Shown in pieces: positions 47,211 through 57,593 of a stretch of DNA of 64,000 nucleotides (the first letter of the stretch is position 1; each line of letters opens with the position of its first letter). The DNA is taken from positions 15,045-79,044 of the forward strand of contig JAXLUO010000018.1 in the NCBI GenBank assembly GCA_046329495.1, given 5' to 3'. Origin of the DNA: Chitinophagales bacterium (GTDB taxonomy: Bacteria; Bacteroidota; Bacteroidia; Chitinophagales; LD1). Below the pieces are notes generated by a model that was not told where the DNA came from, did no database searches, and saw only the letters and a list, made by a program, of their open reading frames with translations. The position numbers and the translations under genes were made by a program.

Positions 47211-48509
47211 ATGAAACAACGCCATTACTACTACATTGAAGGAAAAGATCCTCAAAACCCATCGCAATTAAAATACCTGCGCCGACAAATAGAATGTGAT
47301 GATGCATTTGATGGAGAGTTGATCCTTTTGGCTTTCCCGATTAAGTTGCTGGATGAAATATCAGGAGTCCTATCGCATTTTCAATTGCGCGATGATGCCG
47401 ACTATTTTTACAGCGAATGCCGTGAAGTAGTAAGCGTTCCTGAAAAGCACGTAAACGAAAAGGGCGAAGGTAAACTGACCTTTCAGAGTTACTTCCATAA
47501 GTTCCCTGAGTCGGTAAATTCATTCTTTGACGATGCTAAGGTGGTAGTCATCTTGCATCCACTGGATAGTGCCGATAACAACCGTCGTAACTACAATATG
47601 ATCGGTTACATCCATGCCAACCATATCGACTTCACTTCACCGGACGGACAACTGCATAAAGGCTATTACTACAATGTATTGCGATTAAGCGAACAAACGG
47701 TAAACGGTGAAGCTATTTATCGCCGCAAGCGACTATTCACAACTATGTTCAGTGTGTTATTGGATATCGTTACACTGGAAGACATTCACTTTGTATATGC
47801 CAGCATGGGCCGCGAAAACCAGGCCATTAACGATGCGCTGAAAATGAACAGCGAACGCCACGGCAAGTTTTTCGAAACCTTCCCGATGCGTAACAACACG
47901 CACATCAACATCATTTATGGCAGTGGCAGTGCCGCCAATAAGCTGGTAGACATCTCAAAAAATCACGAAGCCTTGCGCGAATACTACAGCAAGTTAAAGC
48001 AGCAGAAACACAACTTCGTATTCAACCAGATGCACAACGAGAGCAACTTTATGAATATGGTTAACCGTATTCTTAGCTCTTCGCCAACAAGTCGCATTTA
48101 TATGATGCCCGACAAAGCAGGTAACTTTGATGCAGCCGGCTTTACCATCAACTGGGGCGACTACATGCACCTGAAACTGCAAAACCCTAAAGGACTCTTT
48201 AAGGTTATTGATAGCATGAAAATTACCGATAAGATTCTGTATCCAACCTTATTGGTCGGCTCGCCTGAGAATGTGCGTCAACTGGCCAAAGGTGCTGCAT
48301 ATAAGTATCGTAAGGAACACGGCGTTCAGGTAACTGTATTAAACGGTCACGAAGGAGATCCATATTTTGATGTAAAGAAGAGTATCGTATATGATCCGTT
48401 TGTATACTTTGTAATCTATGACCGTCCGGAGACTTACGAAGCCATGAAGGCCCACAGTAGGGATGCCGCCGGTAACACCCGCATCTTTATTGAAACGCCC
48501 ATGTTATAA
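47211..48509 (+). CDS. Hypothetical protein, 432 aa, function unknown
   Basis: Long ORF with coding-like composition, 59 nt downstream of the spt-like gene on the same strand. No motif recognised. Confidence 0.6.
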   Translation: MKQRHYYYIEGKDPQNPSQLKYLRRQIECDDAFDGELILLAFPIKLLDEISGVLSHFQLRDDADYFYSECREVVSVPEKHVNEKGEGKLTFQSYFHKFPESVNSFFDDAKVVVILHPLDSADNNRRNYNMIGYIHANHIDFTSPDGQLHKGYYYNVLRLSEQTVNGEAIYRRKRLFTTMFSVLLDIVTLEDIHFVYASMGRENQAINDALKMNSERHGKFFETFPMRNNTHINIIYGSGSAANKLVDISKNHEALREYYSKLKQQKHNFVFNQMHNESNFMNMVNRILSSSPTSRIYMMPDKAGNFDAAGFTINWGDYMHLKLQNPKGLFKVIDSMKITDKILYPTLLVGSPENVRQLAKGAAYKYRKEHGVQVTVLNGHEGDPYFDVKKSIVYDPFVYFVIYDRPETYEAMKAHSRDAAGNTRIFIETPML

Positions 48510-48685
48510 CAGGTAACGTAATTACGCTTAAAGTCGCGAAGTATAATCAAGTTGATTTCATCCAATTCGTTGAACCTTGGGTCCTAATGGCAAGAGTATT
48601 GTGCGTGTAATGAGTGTTCTCATGGCGGGTTTTAAAATTGGCCCTAATTTTGCACCTTCACTCCTAATCCCACAAATTAACAGAT

Positions 48686-49504
48686 ATGAAAAAGCACCTC
48701 CTTCCCTTCGCTATAGCCCTTATTGCGGCTATAATTGTTGCAGGTTGTAAAAAGAAAACCGATGGCTTCGACAGCGATACGGCTACTTCGTATTCGACCA
48801 TTGATAACCTCTTTAAGGATGTAAATAAGGTAATTAACGACGCAGCAGCAGAAAACAACCTGAGTGGCAAAATGGAATCAACCGAAAGCCTTTGTGCGGA
48901 AGTTACAATTACCCCGGCCGACCTTGTTACCTTCCCTAAAACCGTAGTGGTTGACTTTGGCAGCGTAGGCTGTATCGATATGAATGGCGTTACCCGCAAG
49001 GGTAAATTCACCGCTGTGTTCACAAACTACCTTAACCAACCCGGTGCACACGTTGAAGTTACCTTTCAGGACTATTATGTAAACGGAGTTAAACTGGAAG
49101 GCATTTACGATCTGGCCAACACCAGCCCCAACACTAACTCCCGCTCCTTTGCAGATACCGTTACAAATGGTAAAGCAACAACACCTGACAACAAATTCTG
49201 CACCTGGACATCTTACCGCAGCTCCGTACAAAGCGCTGGCTTTAACACCCCCACTTTAACTGACGACGAGTACACCGGCCAGGCGCAAAGCTTTGGTGTA
49301 GGTTTTGGAGGTAAAAACTTCAATGCAACTTCTACCAACATTGTTTGGCGTTTGGCTTGCCGCTACCTGGTAAGTGGTAATGTATCCATCCTCAGCGGCA
49401 CCGACCCTACACCAATCTTAGTTGATTTCGGTAGCGGCACCTGCGATAACAAGTATGATGTATCCTATAGCATCTACCATACTGCGCTCGTGTTCTGGTA
49501 TTAG
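48686..49504 (+). CDS. Hypothetical lipoprotein
   Basis: Signal plus lipobox (IIVAGC). 272 aa. Confidence 0.6.
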   Translation: MKKHLLPFAIALIAAIIVAGCKKKTDGFDSDTATSYSTIDNLFKDVNKVINDAAAENNLSGKMESTESLCAEVTITPADLVTFPKTVVVDFGSVGCIDMNGVTRKGKFTAVFTNYLNQPGAHVEVTFQDYYVNGVKLEGIYDLANTSPNTNSRSFADTVTNGKATTPDNKFCTWTSYRSSVQSAGFNTPTLTDDEYTGQAQSFGVGFGGKNFNATSTNIVWRLACRYLVSGNVSILSGTDPTPILVDFGSGTCDNKYDVSYSIYHTALVFWY

Positions 49505-49507
49505 AAA

Positions 49508-49921
49508 TTAATTACGGGGCTCAATCAATAACTCATTGTAACCGGTCTGGGCATCTTGTCTTCGGGCAAAGTTCAGACTGGTTATTTCTCCTATAACAAT
49601 CTCGGCTGTTGTATAAATGAGGTTGCCATTCAATAAGTGGCCTCCGGTAACCTGCCCATCACTATCTGCAATTGACATATGTAGATGCGCGGCTCCATTA
49701 CCAATAGTGCCCACCAGCGAAACAATCTCGAACTTATTATCCAGCAGCATGCCTTCCTGACAATCGGCAAAGCGAAGGCTGGCCTGTTGTAAACTGCCAT
49801 TGCAGGTTGCTACAAAGGCAGCCTTTAGCTGATGCGTTTCCGCAAATGCCAGTAATTCAATCTTTAAATCCTGCCCAGGCTTCAAGCGCAGGGCATAGTA
49901 GGTTGCAGGGCTACCCGTCAT
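49508..49921 (-). CDS. PPC (DUF296) domain protein
   Basis: RLKPGQDL ... FEIVSLVGTI ... HLHMSIADSDGQVTGGHL is the typical DUF296/PPC pattern. Confidence 0.7.
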   Translation of the reverse strand: MTGSPATYYALRLKPGQDLKIELLAFAETHQLKAAFVATCNGSLQQASLRFADCQEGMLLDNKFEIVSLVGTIGNGAAHLHMSIADSDGQVTGGHLLNGNLIYTTAEIVIGEITSLNFARRQDAQTGYNELLIEPRN

Positions 49922-49926
49922 AGGGT

Positions 49927-50883
49927 TTATTTCATTTCCTTTATAGTAATAGGTGCTACCCCAATCTTCTTACATACCGCAGCAGCACCACGGTTGGCCC
50001 ATTGGGCTATTTCTTTCAAGCCGTACTTCTGAGCAAACAACAGTGCAGAGATACTTATTACGGTATCCCCCGCTCCCGATACATCCGCTGCCTTTATACT
50101 GCGAGCCGGCACAATAAAGGATTGTCCGTCCTTAGTAAAGCAGAAGATGCCGTTAGCACCCAGTGTAACCATCAGGTTTTTAAACCGTGTTTTGCGGCGC
50201 AATTCTTCGGCACCACTACGCAGGCTATCTAAACTCTTAGGGTTAATGCGGTAGCCAATGGCTTCACTTAACTCGCGCAGGTTTGGTTTAAACAGGTCTA
50301 TTGCCTGATATTCCATAAAGTTGCGCTCCTTAGGATCAACTGATACAGGGATACCATTCTTAGTAGCCAGCAACAATATCTGTTTGATAAAGTACTTGGT
50401 TAGCACACCTTTATTATAATCCTGCAGAATGATGATATCGATCTTTTGATTGGCCAGCGTTTTCTTAAACTCCTTAATCAGCAGGTTCTCTTGCGCTTCT
50501 TCCACGTCGTCAACTTCCTCTTCATCAAAGCGCACTACTTGCTTATCCTCATCAAAAATGCGGGTCTTAAGCGTGGTTACACGGCCTTTATGCTGCAGCA
50601 CATGGTTGGTCTTCACACCTTTTGCATTCAGCATGTTTAATAACATAGCGCCAGTTGCATCACGACCAATCATGGTAAGCAACAATGGATTAGCGCCAAG
50701 TGCTAACAAGTTCAAGGCTACGTTAGCTGCACCACCGGGGCGGGCTTCTTTCTTCAATACCTCCACCACAGGCACCGGCGCTTCGGGCGATATGCGGTTT
50801 ACCTCGCCAAACAGGTAAAAGTCAACCATTACATCCCCTATCACCAGCACATTCAGGTCGTTGAAATTTAATTTAGTAGCCAT
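49927..50883 (-). CDS. PfkB-family sugar kinase, D-glycero-beta-D-manno-heptose-7-phosphate kinase (RfaE domain I)-like
   Basis: VLVIGDVMVDFY, GGAANVA, and the C-terminal DVSGAGDT anion-hole motif. Confidence 0.75.
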   Translation of the reverse strand: MATKLNFNDLNVLVIGDVMVDFYLFGEVNRISPEAPVPVVEVLKKEARPGGAANVALNLLALGANPLLLTMIGRDATGAMLLNMLNAKGVKTNHVLQHKGRVTTLKTRIFDEDKQVVRFDEEEVDDVEEAQENLLIKEFKKTLANQKIDIIILQDYNKGVLTKYFIKQILLLATKNGIPVSVDPKERNFMEYQAIDLFKPNLRELSEAIGYRINPKSLDSLRSGAEELRRKTRFKNLMVTLGANGIFCFTKDGQSFIVPARSIKAADVSGAGDTVISISALLFAQKYGLKEIAQWANRGAAAVCKKIGVAPITIKEMK

Positions 50884-50971
50884 ATCTTATAACCAATTAA
50901 GCACAACAACCCTGCACATTTCTACATGTTGCAGGGCTGTTGTATAAAGAAGAATTGCAGTTTCGTTCAAA

Positions 50972-52183
50972 TTAAGCAAGGTTGGCAAACGCCGCTTTCA
51001 TGCGCTTGCAGGCTTCAGTAAGTTTTTGTTCGCTGGTAGCATAGCTAATGCGCAGGCAGTTCTTATCGCCAAACGCCTCGCCGCTTACTACACCTATCTT
51101 GGCTTCGCTCAGTAAATACAGCGATATGTCTTCCGGTGTGTTCATCACCTTATCGTTAAACTTTTTACCAAAGTAAGCGCTTACATCAAAGAAGAAGTAA
51201 AACGCACCATCAGGCAAGTTCACTTTCAAGCCTGGGATTTCCTTCAATAAACCATAAACCAAATCGCGGCGTTTGCGGAACTCTTCTACCATCTTCATCG
51301 AAGGTTCTACACTACCCAATAAGGCTGCTTCACCGGCCTTTTGTGCAATAGAACAAGTGCCGGAAGTAAACTGACCCTGCATTTTATCGCATGCCTTGGC
51401 AATAGCCAATGGTGCGCCAATGTATCCTAAACGCCAACCGGTCATAGCAAATCCCTTGCTAAAACCGTTCACGGTTATTACCTGTTCTTTAATATCTGCA
51501 AACGATGCCAGGCTGGTATGCTTTTTACCGGTAAAGTTGATGTACTCGTAAATTTCATCACATAACACAAATACATTCGGGTGGCGCTTTAACATAGCCG
51601 CCAAGGCTGCCAGTTCTTCATACTCATATACTGAACCTGTAGGATTGCAGGGTGAAGAGAAGATGATAAGCTTGGTTTTAGGTGTAATATGTTTCTCTAA
51701 TTCTGTAGCACTAACTTTAAAGTTAGTTTCAATTCCTGCAGCAACCTCTATGCATTTAGCCTCTGCCAATTCAGCGATAGCTGCATAGCTAACCCAATAA
51801 GGGGCAGGCAGTAACACTTCATCACCTGGGTTTATTAAACTCAACACCACATTAGCGATACTTTGCTTAGCACCTGTGCTTACTACTATTTGATCAACGG
51901 TATAATCCAGTCCGTTATCGCGCTTAAACTTTTCAGCAATTGCCTTGCGCAGTTCAGGGTAACCCGGTACCGGGGTGTATTTAGTGTAACCTTTATCGAT
52001 GGCATCTTTGGCAGCATCTTTAATATGCTGTGGGGTATCAAAATCAGGTTCGCCTAAGCTAAGGTCGATAACATCGTGGCCTTGTGCCTTTAATTCGCGG
52101 CTAAGTTTCGCCATTTTAATAGTGGCGCTTTCCTGCATGTTGTTAATACGTTCCGAAAGATAGTTTGCCATTGCCTGGGTCAT
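50972..52183 (-). CDS. Class I/II PLP-dependent (aspartate) aminotransferase
   Basis: LSLGEPDF, SSPCNPTG, and the PLP lysine in NGFSKGFAMTGWRLGY. The start is set at MTQAM. Confidence 0.85.
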   Translation of the reverse strand: MTQAMANYLSERINNMQESATIKMAKLSRELKAQGHDVIDLSLGEPDFDTPQHIKDAAKDAIDKGYTKYTPVPGYPELRKAIAEKFKRDNGLDYTVDQIVVSTGAKQSIANVVLSLINPGDEVLLPAPYWVSYAAIAELAEAKCIEVAAGIETNFKVSATELEKHITPKTKLIIFSSPCNPTGSVYEYEELAALAAMLKRHPNVFVLCDEIYEYINFTGKKHTSLASFADIKEQVITVNGFSKGFAMTGWRLGYIGAPLAIAKACDKMQGQFTSGTCSIAQKAGEAALLGSVEPSMKMVEEFRKRRDLVYGLLKEIPGLKVNLPDGAFYFFFDVSAYFGKKFNDKVMNTPEDISLYLLSEAKIGVVSGEAFGDKNCLRISYATSEQKLTEACKRMKAAFANLA

Positions 52184-52384
52184 GCTTGTTTTTTGTGCGT
52201 TTACGGCAATTTTGCCGCCGCCGCGAAAATACAACACAGCGAACATTTTACCCCTGTTTTTGCAAAAAGTAATGCACTATATGTGGATGCTTCTTCCTGC
52301 TACTGCCAGCGGGCTACTAAGGGATGCCTGCTAAAGCAAAACGCCCCTTTGCAGGAGCGTTTGCTAATATGCTCCATCTTAAGT

Positions 52385-54175
52385 TTAGTCGTTCAGTTTA
52401 AGTACGGCGATAAAGGCCTGTTGGGGCACCTCAACCTTACCAAACTGGCGCATCTTCTTTTTACCCTTCTTCTGCTTCTCCAACAGCTTACGTTTACGGC
52501 TGATATCACCACCATAACACTTGGCTGTAACGTCCTTACGGATAGCAGATATGTTTTCGCGGGCGATGATCTTGGCGCCGATGGCTGCCTGAATAGGAAT
52601 CATAAACTGCTGGCGCGGAATCAATTCCTTCAGCTTTTCGCACATCTTACGGCCAAAATCTTCGGCCTTGGTACGGTGAATCATCGAACTGAAGGCATCC
52701 ACTACTTCGCTGTTTAACATAATGTCCAGCTTCACTAAGTCGCCGGCACGGTAATCAACCGGGTGGTAATCGAAAGAGGCGTAACCGCGGCTGATAGACT
52801 TTAAGCGGTCGTAGAAGTCGAATACAATCTCGGCCAGCGGCATCTCGAACATTAACTCTACACGGTCTTCGGTGAGGTAGTTCTGATTTAACAGGATACC
52901 GCGCTTTTCCATACACAAGGTCATAATAGAACCGATGTACTCCGGCTTGGTAATCACCTGGGCACGGATATATGGTTCTTCCAAGTGGTCGATACGCGAT
53001 ACATCCGGCATATCGGCCGGGTTGTGGATGGTAATTTCATCACCATTGGTAAGGTAAGCCTGGTAGCTAACCTGTGGAACGGTGGTAATAATGGTCATAT
53101 CGTATTCGCGTTCCAAACGTTCCTGCACAATTTCCAGGTGCAATAAACCAAGGAAGCCGCAACGGAAACCAAAGCCCAGCGCTATCGAAGTTTCGGGTTC
53201 ATATACCAAGGAGGCATCATTCAACTGCAACTTCTCCAAAGAGTCGCGCAGATCCTCGTAATCATCGTTATCCATTGGGTAGATACCGGCAAATACCATT
53301 GGCTTCACATCTTCGAAACCATGGATGGCTTCTTTACAAGGATTGGCCTGAGTAGTAATGGTATCACCCACTTTAATCTCTTTGGCATTCTTAATGCCGG
53401 TAATGATATAACCTACGTCGCCGGTTTTTACCTCACTACGTGGTTCCAGATCCAGGCGCAGGATACCCACTTCATCGGCCAGGTAGTTTGCGCCTGTGTT
53501 AACGAACTTAACTTTGTCGTTCTTTTTCAGGCTACCATCCAGAATACGGAAGTAGGCGATTACACCGCGGAAAGGGTTAAAAACCGAGTCGAAAATCAAA
53601 GCACGTAAAGGCGCATTCGGATCGCCTTTAGGGGCCGGTAACTTATCGATGATAGCATCAAATATCTTATCTACACCCAAGCCGGTGCGGCCAGAGGCAA
53701 AGATGATCTCCTCGCGCTTACAACCTACCAACTGCACCATCTGGTCTGCTACCAACTCGGGGTTGGCGCCGTCCATATCAATTTTGTTCACCACCGGTAT
53801 AATGGTAAGGCCCTGGTCCAGCGCCAGGTACAGGTTACTGATGGTTTGTGCCTGAATACCCTGGGCAGCATCTACCAGCAACAAGGCGCCTTCGCAGGCG
53901 GCCAGTGAACGCGATACTTCGTAACTGAAGTCAACGTGGCCGGGGGTATCAATCAGGTTCAATACATATTTCTTGCCATCGCGGATAAAGTCCATCTGTA
54001 TGGCGTGACTTTTAATAGTAATGCCGCGTTCGCGTTCCAGGTCCATGTTATCCAACACGGTATCCATCATAGCGCGCTCGCTGATGGTTTTGGTGGTTTC
54101 GATAAGGCGGTCGGCCAGGGTGCTTTTACCGTGGTCGATGTGAGCGATAATGCAGAAGTTGCGGATATTTTCCAT
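52385..54175 (-). CDS. lepA: Translation elongation factor 4 (LepA)
   Basis: [32 protein letters not shown], and a LepA-specific C-terminal domain. 596 aa. Confidence 0.97.
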   Translation of the reverse strand: MENIRNFCIIAHIDHGKSTLADRLIETTKTISERAMMDTVLDNMDLERERGITIKSHAIQMDFIRDGKKYVLNLIDTPGHVDFSYEVSRSLAACEGALLLVDAAQGIQAQTISNLYLALDQGLTIIPVVNKIDMDGANPELVADQMVQLVGCKREEIIFASGRTGLGVDKIFDAIIDKLPAPKGDPNAPLRALIFDSVFNPFRGVIAYFRILDGSLKKNDKVKFVNTGANYLADEVGILRLDLEPRSEVKTGDVGYIITGIKNAKEIKVGDTITTQANPCKEAIHGFEDVKPMVFAGIYPMDNDDYEDLRDSLEKLQLNDASLVYEPETSIALGFGFRCGFLGLLHLEIVQERLEREYDMTIITTVPQVSYQAYLTNGDEITIHNPADMPDVSRIDHLEEPYIRAQVITKPEYIGSIMTLCMEKRGILLNQNYLTEDRVELMFEMPLAEIVFDFYDRLKSISRGYASFDYHPVDYRAGDLVKLDIMLNSEVVDAFSSMIHRTKAEDFGRKMCEKLKELIPRQQFMIPIQAAIGAKIIARENISAIRKDVTAKCYGGDISRKRKLLEKQKKGKKKMRQFGKVEVPQQAFIAVLKLND

Positions 54176-54393
54176 TGGGCGGCGAAGATAAGAAGTATGG
54201 TGGAATGCGATAATAACGGCGCTTTAACATTTTACGGCCTTTTACAAGCTATTTTAATGGACCCAAAACCAGGAAGCCACTCTGATTTTGAGCACTTTAC
54301 AAACCTTACGGCGATCTACCTGCCATCTGAGCCTCCTCACTTTAAAATATAGCCGAAAACGGCATATTTACACCGCAGGGCCACGCCGCCCTG

Positions 54394-54954
54394 GTGAAAG
54401 CGCCCATGGAGCAAGCAACTAACCAACCTACACGCAACAACTGGTATGTAATAACCGGCGGACCCGGCTCGGGTAAAACCACCTGTATTGATATGCTGCG
54501 TACCATGGGTTACAGGACTACCGAAGAGCCTGCCCGGCATTATATGGACATCCAGCGCCACAACGGTAACTCGCTTGAAGTGCTGCGCGCCCACCAGCGC
54601 GATTTTCAACTGGCCATTTTAAAGATGCAGTTGGAGCAGGAACAAAGCCTGAACCCTGCTGAACTCACCTTCCTGGACCGTGGCATACCCGATTCGCATG
54701 CTTACTACCATTTTCTTCAAATACCTGAGGACCCTCAATTGGTTGAAGCACTAAAACATATCTCCTACAAAAAGGTGTTCATTATGGACTGTTTACCGCT
54801 GGTTAACGATTATGCCCGTATTGAAGACGAAGCAGCTCAATTAAAAATCCACCAGTTACTTATTGAAATCTACGAAGCCCTTCCTTTTCCTATTGTTCGC
54901 GTTCCGGTTATGAGTGTGGAGGAAAGGGTTGGATTTATATTAAGAAACCTTTGA
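54394..54954 (+). CDS. P-loop ATPase (AAA_28/NadR-C-like)
   Basis: Walker A ITGGPGSGKTT, 186 aa. GTG start, with an alternative ATG at 54406. Confidence 0.65.
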   Translation: MKAPMEQATNQPTRNNWYVITGGPGSGKTTCIDMLRTMGYRTTEEPARHYMDIQRHNGNSLEVLRAHQRDFQLAILKMQLEQEQSLNPAELTFLDRGIPDSHAYYHFLQIPEDPQLVEALKHISYKKVFIMDCLPLVNDYARIEDEAAQLKIHQLLIEIYEALPFPIVRVPVMSVEERVGFILRNL

Positions 54955-55029
54955 TAGTTAGGAGTTGTGAGTGATGAGTTTTGCGTGATGCTTTCATTCA
55001 ACTATTTTATTGCTATCTATTATTACATT

Positions 55030-55458
55030 CTACCTTCTTAACTGCTCATAAGCGTTCCTCATAGATTCTTTTATCCTCTTTGTCAGCTCCAACTCATCCA
55101 ACGCAGGCTGATTTGCTTCAAACAAAGCTATTAACGCAGCTTTATGTTCAGGATGACTTAACCAATATCCTGACTCAATTTGCAGCAGGGTATTAAGCAA
55201 GTCGCCTTCATAAAAATCTCCTGACACAAAAGGGTTGGCTTTTAAAAATTCCAGTACGCGCGGCACAAGAATTTCCAAGGCTATATTTTGACCGAGCAGT
55301 AGCCGGTAATCTTCTGCTGTAAATGCTGATAACTCCTTCTTTCTAAGCAGATGACATTGCTGTACCAGGTACGATGCTCTTCTATCGGGTTCGCCCCATA
55401 TCGCCTGCTCTAACAATTCAATTGTGTCGTTCATAAGATCGCATCTCAATACAACCAA
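55030..55458 (-). CDS. Possible CdiI-type (contact-dependent inhibition) immunity-like protein
   Basis: All-helical, 142 aa. The pattern ED.RLLLGQNI.LE.L.P..L..L..NP...G.FYEGDLL..LL resembles the CdiI_2 immunity family as I recall it. An alternative start is at 55434. Confidence 0.45.
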   Translation of the reverse strand: MVVLRCDLMNDTIELLEQAIWGEPDRRASYLVQQCHLLRKKELSAFTAEDYRLLLGQNIALEILVPRVLEFLKANPFVSGDFYEGDLLNTLLQIESGYWLSHPEHKAALIALFEANQPALDELELTKRIKESMRNAYEQLRR

Positions 55459-56192
55459 ATACTATCCCCAGTTTCATTAGCCAATACAATAGTATCTCCA
55501 AGCCAATACCGCCATAATTCAGGTTCCACCTTATTCTTCCTATACATTGCTAGTAAATCTACCGTATCCTCTGCCATTAAAAAATCCGTTACTACGTCAT
55601 AAGCATCATAAACTGGTAACCCGATTAGTTTGCCATCCGGAGAAAATCTAACCATTCTATCCTGTTTTTGACTTTTATTGGTGTGAAAATGGTAGTTCCC
55701 ACCAAACAAAAATCCGTTTGTGAAGCGATGTGTTGCCACGCCAACCGAAGAACGAGTAAGGGTATCCCACCTTAAATAGGAACAGAAAACTTTCTTTTTG
55801 TTCCGTAAGAATAAGGTATCCTTTTCTATGCTTACCAAAACTGAGGTGTCTCCGTCAAACAAATCTGAATAGCCAGAAACCTTCAACACAAACGGATACG
55901 AACTCGCATCGATTGATAACCAATCTCCTTCGTGGTTGCCCAAGGAAATGTATACCGCTACAGTATCATTTTCCAGGTTAAATTGTAATTCCGAAAATCC
56001 TCTTAGCTGTTTATGACTTAAAAGAGGAGATTTCGTGCTTCGAAGAGTGTCTATATAGCTAAGCTTAAGCCAGGCACCATTCAGGTCTTTCGCTTTGATA
56101 GTTGATGGCGCAGTTCCTGTCTTGTGATTACAGCCCATAATCAACACAGCTAGAAAACAAAAACTTATCCTTGTTATATTACTACTTCTCAT
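55446..56192 (-). CDS. Hypothetical lipoprotein
   Basis: Signal plus lipobox (LIMGC). 248 aa. Overlaps both neighbouring genes by 11-13 nt. Confidence 0.55.
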   Translation of the reverse strand: MRSSNITRISFCFLAVLIMGCNHKTGTAPSTIKAKDLNGAWLKLSYIDTLRSTKSPLLSHKQLRGFSELQFNLENDTVAVYISLGNHEGDWLSIDASSYPFVLKVSGYSDLFDGDTSVLVSIEKDTLFLRNKKKVFCSYLRWDTLTRSSVGVATHRFTNGFLFGGNYHFHTNKSQKQDRMVRFSPDGKLIGLPVYDAYDVVTDFLMAEDTVDLLAMYRKNKVEPELWRYWLGDTIVLANETGDSIWLY

Positions 56193-56550
56193 ATTTCAAG
56201 CCCAAATATCCTTCTATAAAACCCGAATACTCATAAACCTGAATGGTGTATAGAAATTTAACATAAAGCACGAACAAAACTGAACCACCCAACAACCATA
56301 ATTCAGGATGTTGCACCTCCATAAACCTGGTTGACACTCCATTTAAATTAAGCATTATAGCCAATATCAAATAAAAGAGCGGTAAACCGTACAACACCAA
56401 TTTTAGCTTATCGCTAATCGTATAAGTTATATGCACCTTTGATTGCGAGGCATTTTCAACCGTGCCTTTCAATACTATTTTAAGCTGTCCCCTAGGACTT
56501 GGTTTTGGAGCTATTTCAAATGAATCGGACCTAACCTTTCCAACAAACAT
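56182..56550 (-). CDS. Hypothetical membrane protein
   Basis: 122 aa with two transmembrane segments in the C-terminal half. Confidence 0.45.
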   Translation of the reverse strand: MFVGKVRSDSFEIAPKPSPRGQLKIVLKGTVENASQSKVHITYTISDKLKLVLYGLPLFYLILAIMLNLNGVSTRFMEVQHPELWLLGGSVLFVLYVKFLYTIQVYEYSGFIEGYLGLKYEK

Positions 56551-56677
56551 TGTCTCCTTCTGTTATGTTCAATAAATGGCGCAGCGCCTCTTCGATTTCA
56601 CTCGGACTAATTACACTGGAATAGCTTATTGATTTTTCGAAAAGAGAGACCCTCATACAAATTCCTACCACGATTTT

Positions 56678-57118
56678 TTATATAAATAGTGTGTCGTTAT
56701 TTTTAATTGCATCCTGCAAATCCACGCCCTGTAAATTACAGCTTTCAAAAACTGCATGTTGCAAAAGTGCGCCCCTTAGCACAGCATCTGATAGCTCACA
56801 TTTTGAAAACCGGCTATACGCTAAAAACGCATTTGCAAAATAGGTACTACTCAGATTACAATTAATAAATTGTGTCTCTTTAAGAAACGCACAAGCGAAC
56901 GAGGTATTCACTAAAATACAGTTTTGAAACACTGCGCCATTTAGCTTACTGTAAGCAAAAGTTGCCCCGGTTATACTGCAATCTTTAAAAATAATTCCTT
57001 CCAGATTATCCCCTTCGAACAGGATACGATGTAGATTACGATTACTTATAACAGCCCCTTTAAAGCTGGTTAGCTTGAAGGCATATTCATCTTCTGCATT
57101 TGATGGCACCCTTATCAT
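56678..57118 (-). CDS. Pentapeptide-repeat protein
   Basis: Continuous A(D/N)LxF-type pentads (GATFAYSKLNGAVFQNCILVNTSFACAFLKETQFINCNLSSTYFANAFL). Confidence 0.8.
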   Translation of the reverse strand: MIRVPSNAEDEYAFKLTSFKGAVISNRNLHRILFEGDNLEGIIFKDCSITGATFAYSKLNGAVFQNCILVNTSFACAFLKETQFINCNLSSTYFANAFLAYSRFSKCELSDAVLRGALLQHAVFESCNLQGVDLQDAIKNNDTLFI

Positions 57119-57495
57119 CGCGCATATTTTGTTTTCTTCGTTCCGATACTTTTATGCTGCCGTATCCATAGGCTGTTATCTCGAAAATTCACCAGTTTAG
57201 TACCAAAAAGGCCAAATTTTGCATTCTCTATATAAGCAAAAGTATAAGCATCTACGGTAGTATCCTGCAGATTTGTGTAGATCGTATCCCGCTTTTGTCT
57301 CCACTGTATTTTCGCTTCTCCCTTTCCCAAAAGGTGTATACTAAATTTAAACTCGCCTTCGCCATTTGGTTTGAACACCAGCTTTCTCGAAAATCCTTCT
57401 ATGCCATAGTTATAAATGCCAGGCCGTAACTGCTTACATGCCGAAAGAAATAGCATCATTAGAAGTAGAATATATATACCCCGATAATCCATCAC
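57115..57495 (-). CDS. Hypothetical lipoprotein
   Basis: Signal plus lipobox (FLSAC). 126 aa. ATGA start/stop overlap with the pentapeptide gene. Confidence 0.5.
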   Translation of the reverse strand: MMDYRGIYILLLMMLFLSACKQLRPGIYNYGIEGFSRKLVFKPNGEGEFKFSIHLLGKGEAKIQWRQKRDTIYTNLQDTTVDAYTFAYIENAKFGLFGTKLVNFRDNSLWIRQHKSIGTKKTKYAR

Positions 57496-57593
57496 CGAAA
57501 TGTAAGGAATTCATGAATGCCAATATCTCAGTTGTTATTCGACGCCCAGATTATAGCTGCAGTAAGCATTTGAACAAAACAAACACCGTACTA

